Under the pieces are notes generated by a model. It had not been told where the DNA came from, ran no database searches, and worked only from the letters and a program-made list of their open reading frames with translations. A program made the translations under genes and the position numbers. A stretch of DNA of 64,000 nt from Ostrea edulis (taxonomy: Eukaryota), in assembly GCF_947568905.1 (NCBI RefSeq), contig NC_079170.1, forward strand, positions 46,500,001 to 46,564,000. Reading direction: 5' to 3'. Positions 41,390 to 54,849 of the stretch are shown piece by piece. Position 1 is the stretch's first letter. Every line of letters starts with the position of its first letter.

Positions 41390-43060
41390 CAAACAACGAC
41401 CCTGGATTGATTGATTGTATAGTATTCAACGTCACTCTAAAGAATTTTTCACTCATATGGAGACGTCAACACGGGGATCCTGGACATACCAGAGGTAGGA
41501 TCAGGTGTGTAGGGGAGTACACATCACCTGTCGACCGGTCATACCCGCCTTGAGTCCTATATTTTGATCAGGTAAGCAAAGTAACACGTAGTAAAAATCG
41601 GAGTGTCAAGGATGGTCTAACGAAAGGTATAACGACCATATATTTTGCGAAATACTGACTATAAACGAGACCGTTTGTCATAAAGTTTAGTTGTTAGTTT
41701 GCCGTTAACACCAATGTTCAATACAATATCTAAGTAGAATGCAGATGTGGAAGACTCTGTGATGTTCTTAATTTCGAGTTCACAGGGATATATCAAATCG
41801 ACATATGAATGAAAATGACTATTGTTAGGAGATGAAATGTCGATATATTTTCGACGAACTTGACATTAATTTCACATTTGGTAATCGTACTTAAACTCCT
41901 ACTACTCTTTCAAAAGATTCAGTTTTAGACAAATTTAATATCCTATTTAATAGCATGGGTGAATATGAGTTACCATACCTACCTTGTACACTGGATTCCT
42001 AAGTTCCACAAAAACACGAATAAATGTTCTACCAACCCTTATCTTTGCTTCTCACGAAAATATCAATAGCTGTGAAGGAGAAACTTCAATCGTGGTGTGC
42101 CAGAACAGTTATCAGAAGTGGTGTAAACCCAATGTGGATTCTAAATCATTCTAACGAAATGTTTGTAAATTTGAAATCGCAAAACTTTTCTCAAATCAAT
42201 AACATCAAAACGTATGACTTTTCAACACTTTACACTACCAATTCCCACGATGAATTAAAACTAGACATTTTAACATCATAGAGAGTTGCTTCTTCAACAA
42301 AAATAGAAAAGAGAAATATTTGTACTTAGTGATCAGTCATTCAAAATTACTTTATTACACACCACTCTGATTCCACACACAAGTAATAAAAAACATGCTT
42401 GAGTTCATCATTAACAATATCTACGTAGTCTTTGGTGATCATGTCTTCCAATAGTCTGTTGGAATTCACATGGGCACGAATTGTCCTCTTTTGTTACCTG
42501 ACCTGTTGTAATAATCTGATGTAGTGTTTATTCAAAAGCTTCTACATGAGAAGAAAATTTTGTTGCTGTGACCCTTCAATTCTATATTTATAACGATGAC
42601 GTTTTATGTATCAACAATAATAATTTTCATTCACATTGCCCCTGCATTCAATATTTTGAAATATTTAATTGATTTTTCATATATAACTTACACTTTCGAA
42701 AAGTTTTATGGTTAATTTTTTTTTAACAATATCTATTGAAAAAGACTCCGAAACTATTTATGTTCCTGTCATGCATAAATATTATTAAATCTTGGACTTT
42801 ATGAAATGTTATGACGTCATAAGACGGTGGAACTATGTTAATGTGGGGGAATGTCCACTACTCGAAAACAAGGTATAAGTAGAACAAAGTATAACGAACA
42901 GTGATCAATGAAAGGTGAAGATAACGAACAGTGATCAATCTCAAATCCTATAAGGAAATCAAAGAATTGGGCAAACACGGACGCTAGATATACCATAGGT
43001 GGAATCAAGTGACCATAAGGAGTACGCATCCCCTGTCGACCGATCACACCCGCCATAGAA
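41390..43060. mobile_element. Decayed Penelope-like fragments, including the RT core (41770-42620, +)
   Basis: Frameshifted RT motifs YWIPKFHK, VNPMWIL, IKTYDFSTLYTT and GIHMGTNC. Minus-strand terminal repeats at about 41470-41650 and 42840-43060. Confidence 0.7.
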
Positions 43061-45184
43061 TTTACGAAAAGCTGAGAGATACTGCTGAAAACCCATGTAC
43101 TTATATCAATAATATGTTTATGGTGTGATCGTCGAGACGAACGAAATTCATAATATAAAGTTTGCTTTTATTTAGAAAATATTCATTTATTCATTTCTCT
43201 TTCAAACCAAGTATGCATTGGATTGAATGTTATGCATCAATTTGTATGTTGGTATTGATTATAAATTGGAAGCATGCATGCACAAACCATGAAGTTATTA
43301 CAAAGGATCGAGGACTGAATTATAGTTTTACTGAAGAATTATCAGGTAGAAACAAAATTTAAAAAATCACTATGTGGAAATTGCTTGTATTTGATATCCC
43401 AGAAATAAAATACGCTGTGATTGATTTGTTTATCTTTTAAGTCAAAAGATACTTGCTGCAATATTCTAGAAAGTGAAAATATTGCTTTTAATGTTTTAAA
43501 ATATTTGAAGAAATAGAATGATTTAGAGGAGCAATTGTCATTACAAAAAGAAATGGTCAAAATGGAAATGACTTTTCAGTGTGCCATATTTGTAATTTCT
43601 ATTCAGTATAAATGTTTCGTTCATCTTCTCCATCTTGTAGGAGTGACGTTCCCATATGAGTGAAATATTCTTGAGAGGGACGTTAAACAAAATTCAATCA
43701 ATCAATCCAACTTGTATAAGAGAATGATTGAAAGATGTATTTGATAATGAAATGATAAAAAATAAATAAATAAATAGACACCTGAATTATTTGACTTCAC
43801 ACCATCTATCAATCACATTAATTGATTTCGTGAGAACTATCGCTGGGAAACTCCATTCATTCATTGTATCAATATAAGCAATGGTATTTCTATGTATCTC
43901 CCAAAATACTTCAGGATAAACAATTCTGGAAATCAATACTTACATTATGACAAATATCCGATACAGATGACGCGCTAATTTGATGCTCCACATGATAGTA
44001 AATGCCAAAATCAATACCTTCATTCTGAATGGCTAGTATATGTTTTACATGTTAACTCAAATATGAAACTAAGTACATGTATTTTGTTTCAAAAATATAA
44101 AACGTCAATAATTTAGGTGTATTAAAAAAACACAATGACGATGAAAACGACGAATTGTTCATCTTCTCAAAACAAGATTTGATGACCTGTGTTGTTAAAG
44201 TAGTAACATACAATATCTACATGTTCTTGTTAAGTATAAATGTGCTAATTCACATAATATGTAAAAATAATAACATAATCTATTCAAAAGGGCTTCAGTA
44301 GAAACGCAAAGGAAATGAATATCTGAACAATATAGAGCGTCAATTTTTACGTTATTCTTTTGAAGGATATACGCAACGTTTCGGAATGATATACAAGTTT
44401 TTGTGACATTCCAAGTACACCCTCTTATGTTTCTAGAAAAAATGGTGTATATCATCAGATACCATCTTCAGATTGTTTCTACTTAAGACAAGTAAAAATG
44501 TAAAATATTATCAGAAGACTAATACAATGGACATTACTCCGTTAATGTTGCAAAAAAGGGGGAGAAAAAGCTGAGATCGAATTCGAGTCCCAATCATTAG
44601 TTTCTTCAGTCATCAACCAGTTTGCAAACGAAGTATACAAATATTATTGAATGTAAAAGTTAAAACATACATTGAAATCATAAAAGAGCTCTTTAAATCA
44701 AACAGATGAAACATTAATTTTTAGAAAGAATTGGCAGAAACGTGGCGGGTGACCTGGAGATAAATTTGCGAAAATATCAATCGAACACTGTAATGGAAAA
44801 TGATTTTAAGAACTGACGAATAACAAGGCTACTTGTTAAAATTTTAACCTTGTTTGTGCATGTTATACTTTACTATTCATAACGCAAGATAACAAAATAT
44901 GTAGGAGAAGCTGTTACCAGGTTTCGCATCAACGAACTGGGTATACCTAGGAACTAAAACTGGAAACTGAACTAAAAACTGGAAACTTTACATGAGCGTC
45001 TGCTAGAATTTGATGCGGAAAATCAGAGGTTTGTGTATTGTAGATCAAAAGAAATTTAATTTAGATCCGCCAGTGTTTCAGCTATATTATGACGTCAAAA
45101 CATATACACTGACGTTACAATCTACCGTCTCGCCCCGACTATGGTCGTTATCTAAGAAATCCGGTATCATTTAAAAATATTTAT

Positions 45185-45480
45185 CGATTAATTTCTGTAA
45201 TAGGTCTTTAACGATGCCTCGCTTCGATGTCCCGAAAAAACTTGGAAACCAACATCAATCACCTATGGCTGCTGTGGCACGAAGGCAGTGTGGTGTGTAG
45301 GTTTTAATGCACTTTGACGACTTATCGGCCATACATCCTGTGAATGACCTTTTTGCTAAAGCCTAATGTCATCGTCTAGCAGTAGGTACAATTCCGCATC
45401 ACCGATGACAGTGTTGAGTTGTAGCAGACGCAATTTTAGACATACAATAGTAAGACATTGTTTACAGAAATGCTTTTATC
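45185..45480 (-). mobile_element. Crypton-type tyrosine recombinase remnant
   Basis: YTPHCLRATA at 45299-45270 and IDVGFQ...SGHRSEASLKTY at 45235-45200 are YR box II H-x-x-R and G-H...Y motifs, separated by a frameshift. The segment lies in a ~590-bp insertion absent from duplication copy B. Confidence 0.7.
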
Positions 45481-46555
45481 AATTATGGATGAAAGTCCAC
45501 TGCTTGAAATACAAATGAAACCATAAACATTTTGTGATGTTGATTTCATCTATTGATAGATTTCTGTAGTAAGTGAGAGCGATTGTTAGATGTGTATTGC
45601 CTTCGTAAAAGTAGTACCGGCTACCTACTTTTAACAAATGTTCATACGCACAGACCTCGTTGTGGATTTATGCAGTGATAAACTACGTATTGCTCGTAAT
45701 AGTGTTATATAGAAGAATACCGTTGAAAATGTCAATATAATCGGATAACGCGCTCGTCCTTTTCCGTAACCGGGGAGGGGGTTATATAATATAAATATTG
45801 ACAACTACTACGATCTATACAGATAATATTTTTAAAAGGAAATTTTTTTACAAAAACAGGGGCGAGATTATACGCACGACGACAAATTTTGAAAATCACC
45901 TGTAGTCTACATAGTTAGTGAAAGTCAGGAATAATTTAGGGCTTTTCCAACCCCCTTCTCTCCTTACACTTGTCAAATACACCTCCATCTCCTTACATTC
46001 GTCTAATACAAACCCCCCTTTCTTAGAATCGTCAAATACCCCCTCCTTTTCCTTACACTTGTCTTAAATACACCCCTTTCTCCTTATACTCGCAAAGAGA
46101 AGGCGGTTGTTTAAATCAGACTGCTGAAAATGGATTGACTAACAGTTGGGTATTGGGTGGTGAACCTAAATTGCCTGGTTTATAATTAGTATCCTTATTA
46201 TTTGCAATAAAGTTTCTAGCTTTAATATATATAGGCATACATATGTTATACCTAAAAGTGAACTTTGAACTGGTCATTTGTCAAAGTTAGAGATAAATTA
46301 AATAATTGTGTAGACATCTCGTTTTTTTTTAAATTGTCAAAAGCTTATAAGATTTAAAATCATACAAATTAAATATATGTCTAACTCTGTCTCATGGGCA
46401 AGTATAAAAAATATTATAATTGGGAAAAGAATATCGTGTGGATAGGAGCTCTAATATAAGCACGACCGTCGTGCGAATATTGAAAATGATTCGCACGACA
46501 GCCATGCTGATAGACGCTTAAAAAACCAAACAATTCGTAAAACTTAATTCAATCC

Positions 46556-46635
46556 CATCGTCGCAAACCACGGGTTATTGTTTCATTCTAGTTTGTGAAA
46601 TAGAATGAAACAATAACCGGTGGTTTGCGACGATG
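46556..46635. mobile_element. 80-bp hairpin mini-MITE with exact 9-bp TSD
   Basis: 35-bp arms with 1 mismatch and a 10-nt loop. ATTCAATCC flanks at 46547-46555 and 46636-46644. Confidence 0.85.
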
Positions 46636-47231
46636 ATTCAATCCAAGCTTCAAAATCCTTAATTGTGTGAGGGGTGACTTAATTCACAGGTTCAAACTTA
46701 ATTACTACTCAGTAGGCTACTGCATACCACAGAAGAGAGAGAGAGAGAAGAGAGAGGGGGGGGGGGGTTAAGCCGATAAATCAAACTAATTTATCATTTT
46801 AAAAAGAAAAAAGACACATTGTCAATAAAATTATTCAACTCTTATCACTTCTCTATGCAATGTACTACTTCATTGGGTTAATTTTAGAGAGCTAATGACT
46901 GTAATTCGATAGAAAACATCGTAAGTGAAAGTAGCGAGCAGACATAAACAACCTATACTTCACCAGCTCAAATTAAAGAAATGTGAATGAAACATTCTAA
47001 TCTGCAACTCTTAGTGGTAACTTTAAAGTGTATTTTTTTTTACGAATGATATATTTTTATCATCTTACATGCTTAAACAAACTATGTCTCACCAGTAAAA
47101 TGTTGGTGAGCAGCCGTCGTCGTTCGCTGTTTCACATTGACAAAGGACCCGGATGTAAGATTTTTTTCCCCTATGACCTTTTGACCTAGCATGACGTTAG
47201 AGTGTGCAAAACATCTATAGAACTTATAAGA

Positions 47232-48663
47232 TGTTACGCTGATTTCATTTACCTTCAGTACATATTCTAGCCTTTGTCCGTTCTGAATAGTGTCCCTAGA
47301 ATAATTATGATTAATGCGAAGTCTTGTGGTGCATAAGAGGTGATAGAAATCCCTTTATTTATAACTGGGATTTTGTTGAATGATAACTGGAAATGCCTAA
47401 GGTTCAGTAAATTCGGAACCCGTATGGTAGAGACAAATATATCCGGATTGTTATCAGACGAATAGTTTCTGGATATATAACTCTAGAAATAATAAGCTTA
47501 AAAAAAAAAGTGAAATTATGGATTAATAAAGTAGATCTTCAGGAATGTTATTAGTAGACTGGTGTATCCTAGTTTATTGATAAAAGTATTGTTTTGGGAG
47601 TTTTACATTTTACACATGACGTAGACGCTGCATCATTACGTCAACGTACGTCATAAGACAGAAGCGGCAGAGTCTAAGTGGCGTGAGCTTCAGATTCCCC
47701 TAGAGCAAGTCGGTGTCAGGCCGTGCCAGCAAAGATTAAGGTATTTTCCTATTTTAGCTACGTTGGAAATTAGTATTAGAACTTTTAGCCTATTTAGAAA
47801 CAGTACAATTTAATTACAACGTAATTTGTTTGGGAAATAGTAGACTTTAGATAAGTTTTAAGTATTTAGATATCTTCTACTTGGTCCAGGATTCTGAACT
47901 AAATTTTGGTTGTTGATTTATTAGCATAAATTTATTACTATTGGCACGGCAAGCATACAATGTTGAATTTAGAGTAATGTATACTATTTTATTGAGATAT
48001 TAGCTGGACTTATCAGTGTAAATTGTCACCGACGACACCGAACACCGAGTAGTACCGGGTAGCACATAGAACCGAGTAGCACCGATCACGGACTCCGATA
48101 TTAGATCATTCTATGATGCATAGGTTAAAATGGATGGTAAGCATTAGCACAATAACTCTCCTATCCACGCATAATATGATAGCATATGAAAGGGGGTGGA
48201 CTTTTTGTTATTTAGAACTTTTGGATTTCAGATATATAGTTCTGATCATAGTATCAGAGTTCCTGTTTGTGCCTGTATTATTTATAGTTACACTTAGTAA
48301 AAGCGGCAGTACTTAGTAGCACCTTGTATCACCGAACACCCAGTAGCTCAGAGAACCGAGTAGCACCGAACACCCAGTAGCTCCGAGAGCCGAGTAGCAC
48401 CGGACACCGAGTAGCACCTTGCACCGTGAAGTATCGATCTTCTCCGAGTTCCATGAAAGTTCTAGTTCGTCACTATTCTTATAAGAGACAGTTTATTATC
48501 TAGTCAATTTTGTTAATTGTCTTTGATGCTATAATAAATATTTATATTAACTGTTATATATACTTCTTTTCTTCATTAAAAATTAGGTATCTTCGAATCC
48601 TATTGTAGCGTGCCTCATAGATACCAGGCTGATGTAAATTTTACGTTACAATTGGTGGCAGCG
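47232..48663 (+). mobile_element. 5' LTR plus tRNA-Leu primer-binding site of a Gypsy-like retrotransposon (internal region missing)
   Basis: The LTR ends CGTTACA at 48650 and is followed by TGGTGGCAGCG (48653-48663), complementary to the tRNA-Leu 3' end ...CGCTGCCACCA. ATTAAA lies about 70 bp before the end, and CCGAGTAGCACC repeats are internal. The left boundary TGTTACG at 47232 is tentative. Confidence 0.6.
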
Positions 48664-49284
48664 AATTTATAATACATTTTATAAAAACCCATAAACGTTA
48701 CACTTGCTATCGTGACGTACTCTATGAACTTTGAAATATCTATTTAGCAAATAACCGATTGAAAAAAGAAACAGAAAGTAAACTAATATAAGCTGAAAAT
48801 TCATATCCGCATTCAAAGTGATTCTTTGCTATCATACTATACAACTGCTATGAAAGGCATCGAGCTGTTAGAATAAAATAGAGCGATAATTGGTAGGTTA
48901 AACATGTTTAGTTTCATTTCATAGAAAAGGTATCAATGTTATTGTCCCTGGATTAGCAAATGGCCACACATAGATTGTAACCGCAGATAAAGTTCTCCCT
49001 CAGAGGCTTTTATGATTTGCCGCTGTTCGATAATTGATTACAGCTCATTTACTTCTAGTAATATTAATGTTAAATGTATTAATTCTTTTCAATGGTAATG
49101 AAAATTTATTATTCGGTTTGCAAACAGTCATAAAATGGATTGATTATTAAACACTATATTTCTTTCAAAATTTCTATGAAAACGCTACTTGACTGCTATT
49201 AATCATGCCGAAACACGAATGTTAATGCGTGGAAAGTTTGTATAAAATACTGTTAATTCATCTACTTCAAAATATCCAAAAACT

Positions 49285-52200
49285 TTATAGTGTCATTGTA
49301 AATTCTCTTTCACAAATAAACTTTTGCAAATAAATAGTACATGGTGCATCGTGATATTTTTCATTGATAACAAGCATGCAGTCTTCATTGTTTCTTAAGT
49401 TAGGTTGGCCATTATCCCAAGGTAGAAAAGACATAGAGGATCCGTCCGAAAATACCCAGTTTGTTTCTGCCTCAATATCATTTCCATCGATGAAAAACGT
49501 CTTAAAAGTTGAGTCTGTAGATAAAAAAAAATGTAATTATCAGTCATGAGCATCAACGAAAGGTACCAATATTATCAAGAAACAAATAAACCACCGCATC
49601 CAATGTAAACGAAAACCAATATATAGTGGCAACTAAAACAATATGTGATAATGCTTCAACAACAAGTGGCTGATTCACACATGAACAGGAACTCAATTAA
49701 CCTGACTGGGAAGAATACTAAACAGTTATTTAGGAAATAAAGATCGATCTGTAGTAATATCTATTCACCTGCATATATTAATATTGTATGAATGAGGTAT
49801 AAATGTTGTGGTTTTGTGTATATAAACGCCTCATATCACAGTGATCATAAGAATCGTTATTCAAATTTTGGCAAGAATCTTAACGAATCCACAAAAGATA
49901 CATAGTTAACATTAAGATCAACAGATGCAGTTTTAGTCTGTGGAAGGAATATTCATTCAATAAAACGTTATTCCCCTCGTTTTGATATTGAATTGGTTTT
50001 AATCGGACCTTATCACCTATATGGATTCAAGATCGCACAATATGTTTACAGTGTGCTCCGCTTTAAAAGTTCATTCACCAGACAAGGTAAAGTTAGGATA
50101 ATATGCTACTTAATAATTCAGAACAGTGATAGTTTGAACGATAAATTTAATTAAATGAAAGCGAATTTGCAATCAATATCAAAGTTATATTTCACCTCTC
50201 AGATTCCCTTCTTACCCGCTCTTCCGCCGTTCATAGTTGAAGTGTAGGTAAACAATAATGATTTAATGATCTAATAACAAATAACTATCAAGTGGCAAAT
50301 CTACTCCCATCTTTCATTTACTATATGGAAAATGAAAGCTGCAGTGGAAAATATGAACATCTAATGATTTTAGGAAGATTTTTATCACATGCGATTCCAA
50401 GAAGCCTACCAAACAGATAAGAAATACACTTTAGAAAAATAAATTCAATGAGGAAATGATTCTCATATAGGAATAACTATGAACGTGAATCGATTAACAT
50501 ATCAAACTATCTAAGTGTATTGTTCTGACGATTTAGTTTAATATTCTTCTGACACATAGATACTATACTCGTATATGGCTGAAATGAATCTATGCAAAAC
50601 ATATATGTGTAACATGAAGCATTGAATAAAATCTCATCATTAAACACTTCGATTTCAGGTTTAAATTTCAGATTGATAATTTATTAAATGTAATTAGAGA
50701 TTTATGCAACTCGAAAAAACTACAATTGATGAGAAGGTAAAGATAACGAACAACTCTCAATCTCAAGCTATTAAACTATAGAATTAAGAGTAGGGCAAAC
50801 ACGAACCACTGATCCATCTTGATGGTTTTACTGAGAAGTCGTGCAGAACACACGAAGTACGTCGAAGTTCCTTTAATAACAAAGTCATCGAGATGAAATC
50901 AGAGTGCTGCCACAACCTTGCAACTTAAGCATTATAATGTGATCCATTTCATATTTCTTTATACTTACCATATTGGGCGATTGCATTAAGTACATCGCTA
51001 AACATTGAGGCCGACGAAATACTGAAAAGTTTTCCACCAGCAGATGCACAGGTGGAATTTGCATCTATCCATGAAAGTGTTGGCGTGGCATACAGCTTCA
51101 AGCACTTCTTTGTGGATGTCAAACTGATGTAGCCAAGTTCTTCACAAGAGACTAAAATTAAATTCATAATATTTTATTCAAACACAAAATGTATAGATTT
51201 ATAAAGCTGTATTGTGTTTAAAAACTGTAATGACATACAATTTCCTACCTTGCTTATGGTAAATCTTCGTATCAGGGGAGGCTATTCCAGATGTAATGTT
51301 AACATTAGCAGAAAATAGTTGACACACACCAGACTGTCTATGTTTGATAAAGGAAAGGCATGTTATTGTCTCTAAACATCTAACTGCACATCGTTGTGTT
51401 GACGTGCACTTTGTTTCCCATAGAAGAAACGGTTGCAATGAAGAAATTTGTGAACTGCTTATGTTCACTCCATCGAAGAAGGCTGACCTATCTGAGGTAT
51501 TTATATAACCTGAAAAATCACAGTATATTCACTTGTATATTGCTTTACTAGAATTAATGAATACCTTAAAATGTAAATATTGTCATTGCTTCATATTTAC
51601 AACTACAATGTATCACATAGTTCTTCTTCACTGTACGTGCCATGGTTTCCAACTGCCAAATTAATTCATCTAATTTCGCTATACTTTACAAGAACTGGAA
51701 GTGCGAAACATATCATTGAAATGTCAACTGCATTACTCACTTTTACATTAAGAAATAAAGAAGATCATTTGTATAAAAGCGAATAATCTCTCCCAATATT
51801 GTAGTCGTTCTCTCAATGCATTTTCTCCAGTAAGATAGAAGTCCATTAAACGCTTTTCGGTATCCCACGAGGGGAAGTTTCTAGTATACCGGTCCCTAGA
51901 AGCACGCAAGCGTGCATGAACAGTCATTTCCCTTGCCGTTGCTAAGCGGAAGCTAAACACGCCGCCATTGCATTTTCGCCCCGGATGGCGAGCAATGAAG
52001 ATGGTGCGATGAAAATAAAAGCCCAACGGCGTTTGAGTATACTAAGCGGGAGCTTGGGGGCGGCAGCCCCCGACAAGTCAAATATAATCAAAACATTTCA
52101 TCTTACAACATAAAATCATCTAAGCTGTTATTTGCATTAATCAGATCGAGGGGTTGAAGAACTAGTTGTTGTTTGGCAATCAAGGGTTCCTTTGGCTTTG

Positions 52201-54684
52201 ATGAAGTAAGGTTGGGTACGAGTATGGAGGGGTCATATACATATTTAATGAGTTCTGACATTTTTAATGCACACCAAGTAGATTCTATAGTATTGGTGTG
52301 TGCCTCTGTATCGGAATCTACAAAGTTTACAGAATGATTTACTTTTAAATGTTCGAACCCTTCTTTATCAAGAATATCATAAGCTTTTCAGCAATCGCTA
52401 ATTATAGTTGTACCGGACTGTATGTTGGCTTTTATTATTTCAAGCAGAGTTTCTCGTGTTCGATCTACCACTGTTGTAAAAAACACCTTTTTGTCTCCCT
52501 TTCAATCCCACCAAAAACCCAGACACCGACAACTTTCCGTCCCTTGTGAAATTTTCTTTGACCAAATTTACTTTCGTCAATTTCAACAAATTTTGCCACT
52601 CCTTCTATTTTTTCTGAATTCTTCTCTAAAATGCAGGTACACACTTCTCTGGAATAATTATACCAATCAACAACAGTTTGACTTGCAATTTGAAGTTTGT
52701 GTCTCACGAAACTTTCACTAGCTTTGTATACCGAGAAATATGTTATTAACAGAACCTTTTCCAGCGTTAAGTTGTGCTTTTCGAACCAGTTACCAGTCCT
52801 GATTGATTTTTTGTTGTTCCAGGTTTTGTTAGAACATATCCATACAAATCCGTCGCTTGAATATGACGAATACTTTCTTAATCCAAATTTCCCGTTGTCA
52901 CAGCTGCCATAGATTTTGCCGTCCAGATTTATCAAAACAGATAATCCTATTAACCAGTGAATCAGCTCTCTTACATCAGCAGAAATAAAAAAAAAACATC
53001 TTTCAGTTTTAGGGGCATTTCATGGCAAATCAGCTATTTAGTTTGTTTACATCAACACCAGTGACGTCGTATCATACGAATATTCATGAGTATTACGTAT
53101 ACAAAGCGTACTTGACCATTTTGCTCAACAACGGATTCCATTTATTTTGCAACAAAAAATGTACGTCTTGCAATATTTTTCATTTCGGATTTAAAAAATT
53201 GATTTAAAAAACAGTTTTTAAAACTTCTTTTTTAACAAGGAATTCGAATTTGAGCTTATTTTTGTGATTTCCCCCCGTTTTAGCGATTTTATATATATAC
53301 TAAACGCCTTCGGCGGCACACATTTTAGCGCCATATTTTGGGGACCGGTATACTAGAAGTGTTCCCCCACGAAATATGTGATATAGTACCACCACATGTT
53401 ATATCAGCTTGAAACAAGAAAATATATCGTTGCTTCCTTGGTTAGAATTAAAGGACTTTGAATGACTCAACATAAGCATTGATTAATAACACAAAGCTTT
53501 AGAGATGTTAGAATATATTGAGTAAAGGTTTTATGCTCAAACTTCGTACACAACAGGCTTGATTCGTCGATTTTTTTTCATTCGAAAATCGCTTTGTATC
53601 AGAATTCATAGGTCTATTTTTTTAATGAACCAGGTAACACATTACAAAAAATTACCGGCACTTCGCCTAATCTGATGGCGTTAAAAGGGCGAGAAACTTT
53701 ACACAGACATTCATAATCACTTCAATAGAGTAATTACTTACATATTGCATCGATGATATATATCAAAAGTACAATACTCAGCATTACTGGAAAACCCGGA
53801 GATGACGTCTGTAACACAGTAAGGAAACTCCGGAGATGAAGTCTGTACCGCAGCAAGGAAAAAAGAACACTAGGTGATTACTATACTATAATTTATTTTC
53901 GCACATGCTCACTTAAACTTAAGACTTGGATCGAATTCAGTCAATCTCCCCTTAAATGTTAGAAGTTGTAACTAAATGTTGACTTTTATTTCTGTCCTAG
54001 TCCTTTTCAATGGTTAAGTAATAGTGGCAATTGTTTGAACTGCAATATCAATATCAGAAGAATTTTTATCACCGACGATAATTGACAAACACGACATTAA
54101 TCTAATTGATGAGTTATTTTTATGGAATTACCATTAAAATAAATCAAGACTATGATCAGACGCGATGAACAAACAGGACCTTTAAGCACTATAACAATAT
54201 TCAACATGATAATGGAAAAAAAACACCACAGTCCGTAATTTTTGAAGGCTGAAAATTAATGCAGACGAGCACGTGACTTGTTTAAACACTGAATAAAGAA
54301 TGCCACGCACACTATACAGTATTTTTTTTAATCTGAAATCGCTACATGCATGTCCTTGAATAATTTTATATATAAAAATGGTCTATGTATTTTGTATACA
54401 AGCATTGGTCGTCATTGCAATTCAACGAATATGGCATCAAAAGAATTTCACGGTCCTTCATAGATAAAATTTCGTTTCAGTAAATAAGATTCTTAACTGG
54501 ACGAATGCAAGTATGGGTCATATAAAGCAATAGAAAACAATACAAATCAATTAACGCTGTAAATCCTAGTCCTTCTAAGTTCATCGGGAGTTCAATATAT
54601 TCAGAAAAATAATAGACCATGACTTATTGATGAAAACTTACCTAATATCACATGCCGTGGAAATATTAATCTTAAGAACTCCAT
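49285..54684 (-). CDS. PAN/apple + C-type lectin domain protein, copy 2 (238 aa)
   Basis: Exons 51509-51249 (PAN, 261 nt as in copy 1), 51151-50969 and 49514-49285 (FFIDGNDIEAETNWVFSDGS...WDNGQPN...EDC...YHDAPC...KFICER...*). The candidate first exon 54684-54642 (MEFLRLIFPRHVILG|GTAAGT) is tentative. Phase-1 introns. Confidence 0.75.
51871..53367 (-). mobile_element. Merlin (ISXO2/IS1595-like DDE) DNA transposon with decayed transposase
   Basis: TIR core TTCTAGTATACCGGTCCC (51879-51896) and GGGACCGGTATACTAGAA (53341-53358). Flanking direct repeat CCCACGA. Transposase at about 52935-52262: VVDWYNYSREVC...VEIDESKFG.RKFHKGR...VWVFGGIER, then a frameshift, then GTTIISDC*KAY...H..VNHS.NFVD...AHTNTIESTW. 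Confidence 0.9.
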
Positions 54685-54849
54685 TTCATGTAAGAAAATG
54701 GTTGAAATATATATGAAAGATTTTAATGATTGTTGAAGTGAAATGTCGAAACTAACCGTCTAGATCGCTTGTAATGCAAACCTATATGGTGGACGACATA
54801 ATATACATGTATGAAAAATGATAAATTCAAAGTTTCTTTCTTTCGTATA

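Larger units (their letters stand above)
43158..50800 (+). repeat. Segmental duplication copy A (paralog at 57331-64000)
   Basis: Collinear blocks: ~43158-45150 vs ~57331-59497, ~48703-49725 vs ~60162-61170, and ~50180-50800 vs ~63405-63990. Confidence 0.9.

Noticed and set aside
51741-51810. Alternative first exon for lectin copy 2 ending AAAA|GTGAGT
   Set aside because: There is an in-frame TAA two codons before the donor and no suitable ATG-led signal peptide. It cannot be excluded as a damaged original exon.
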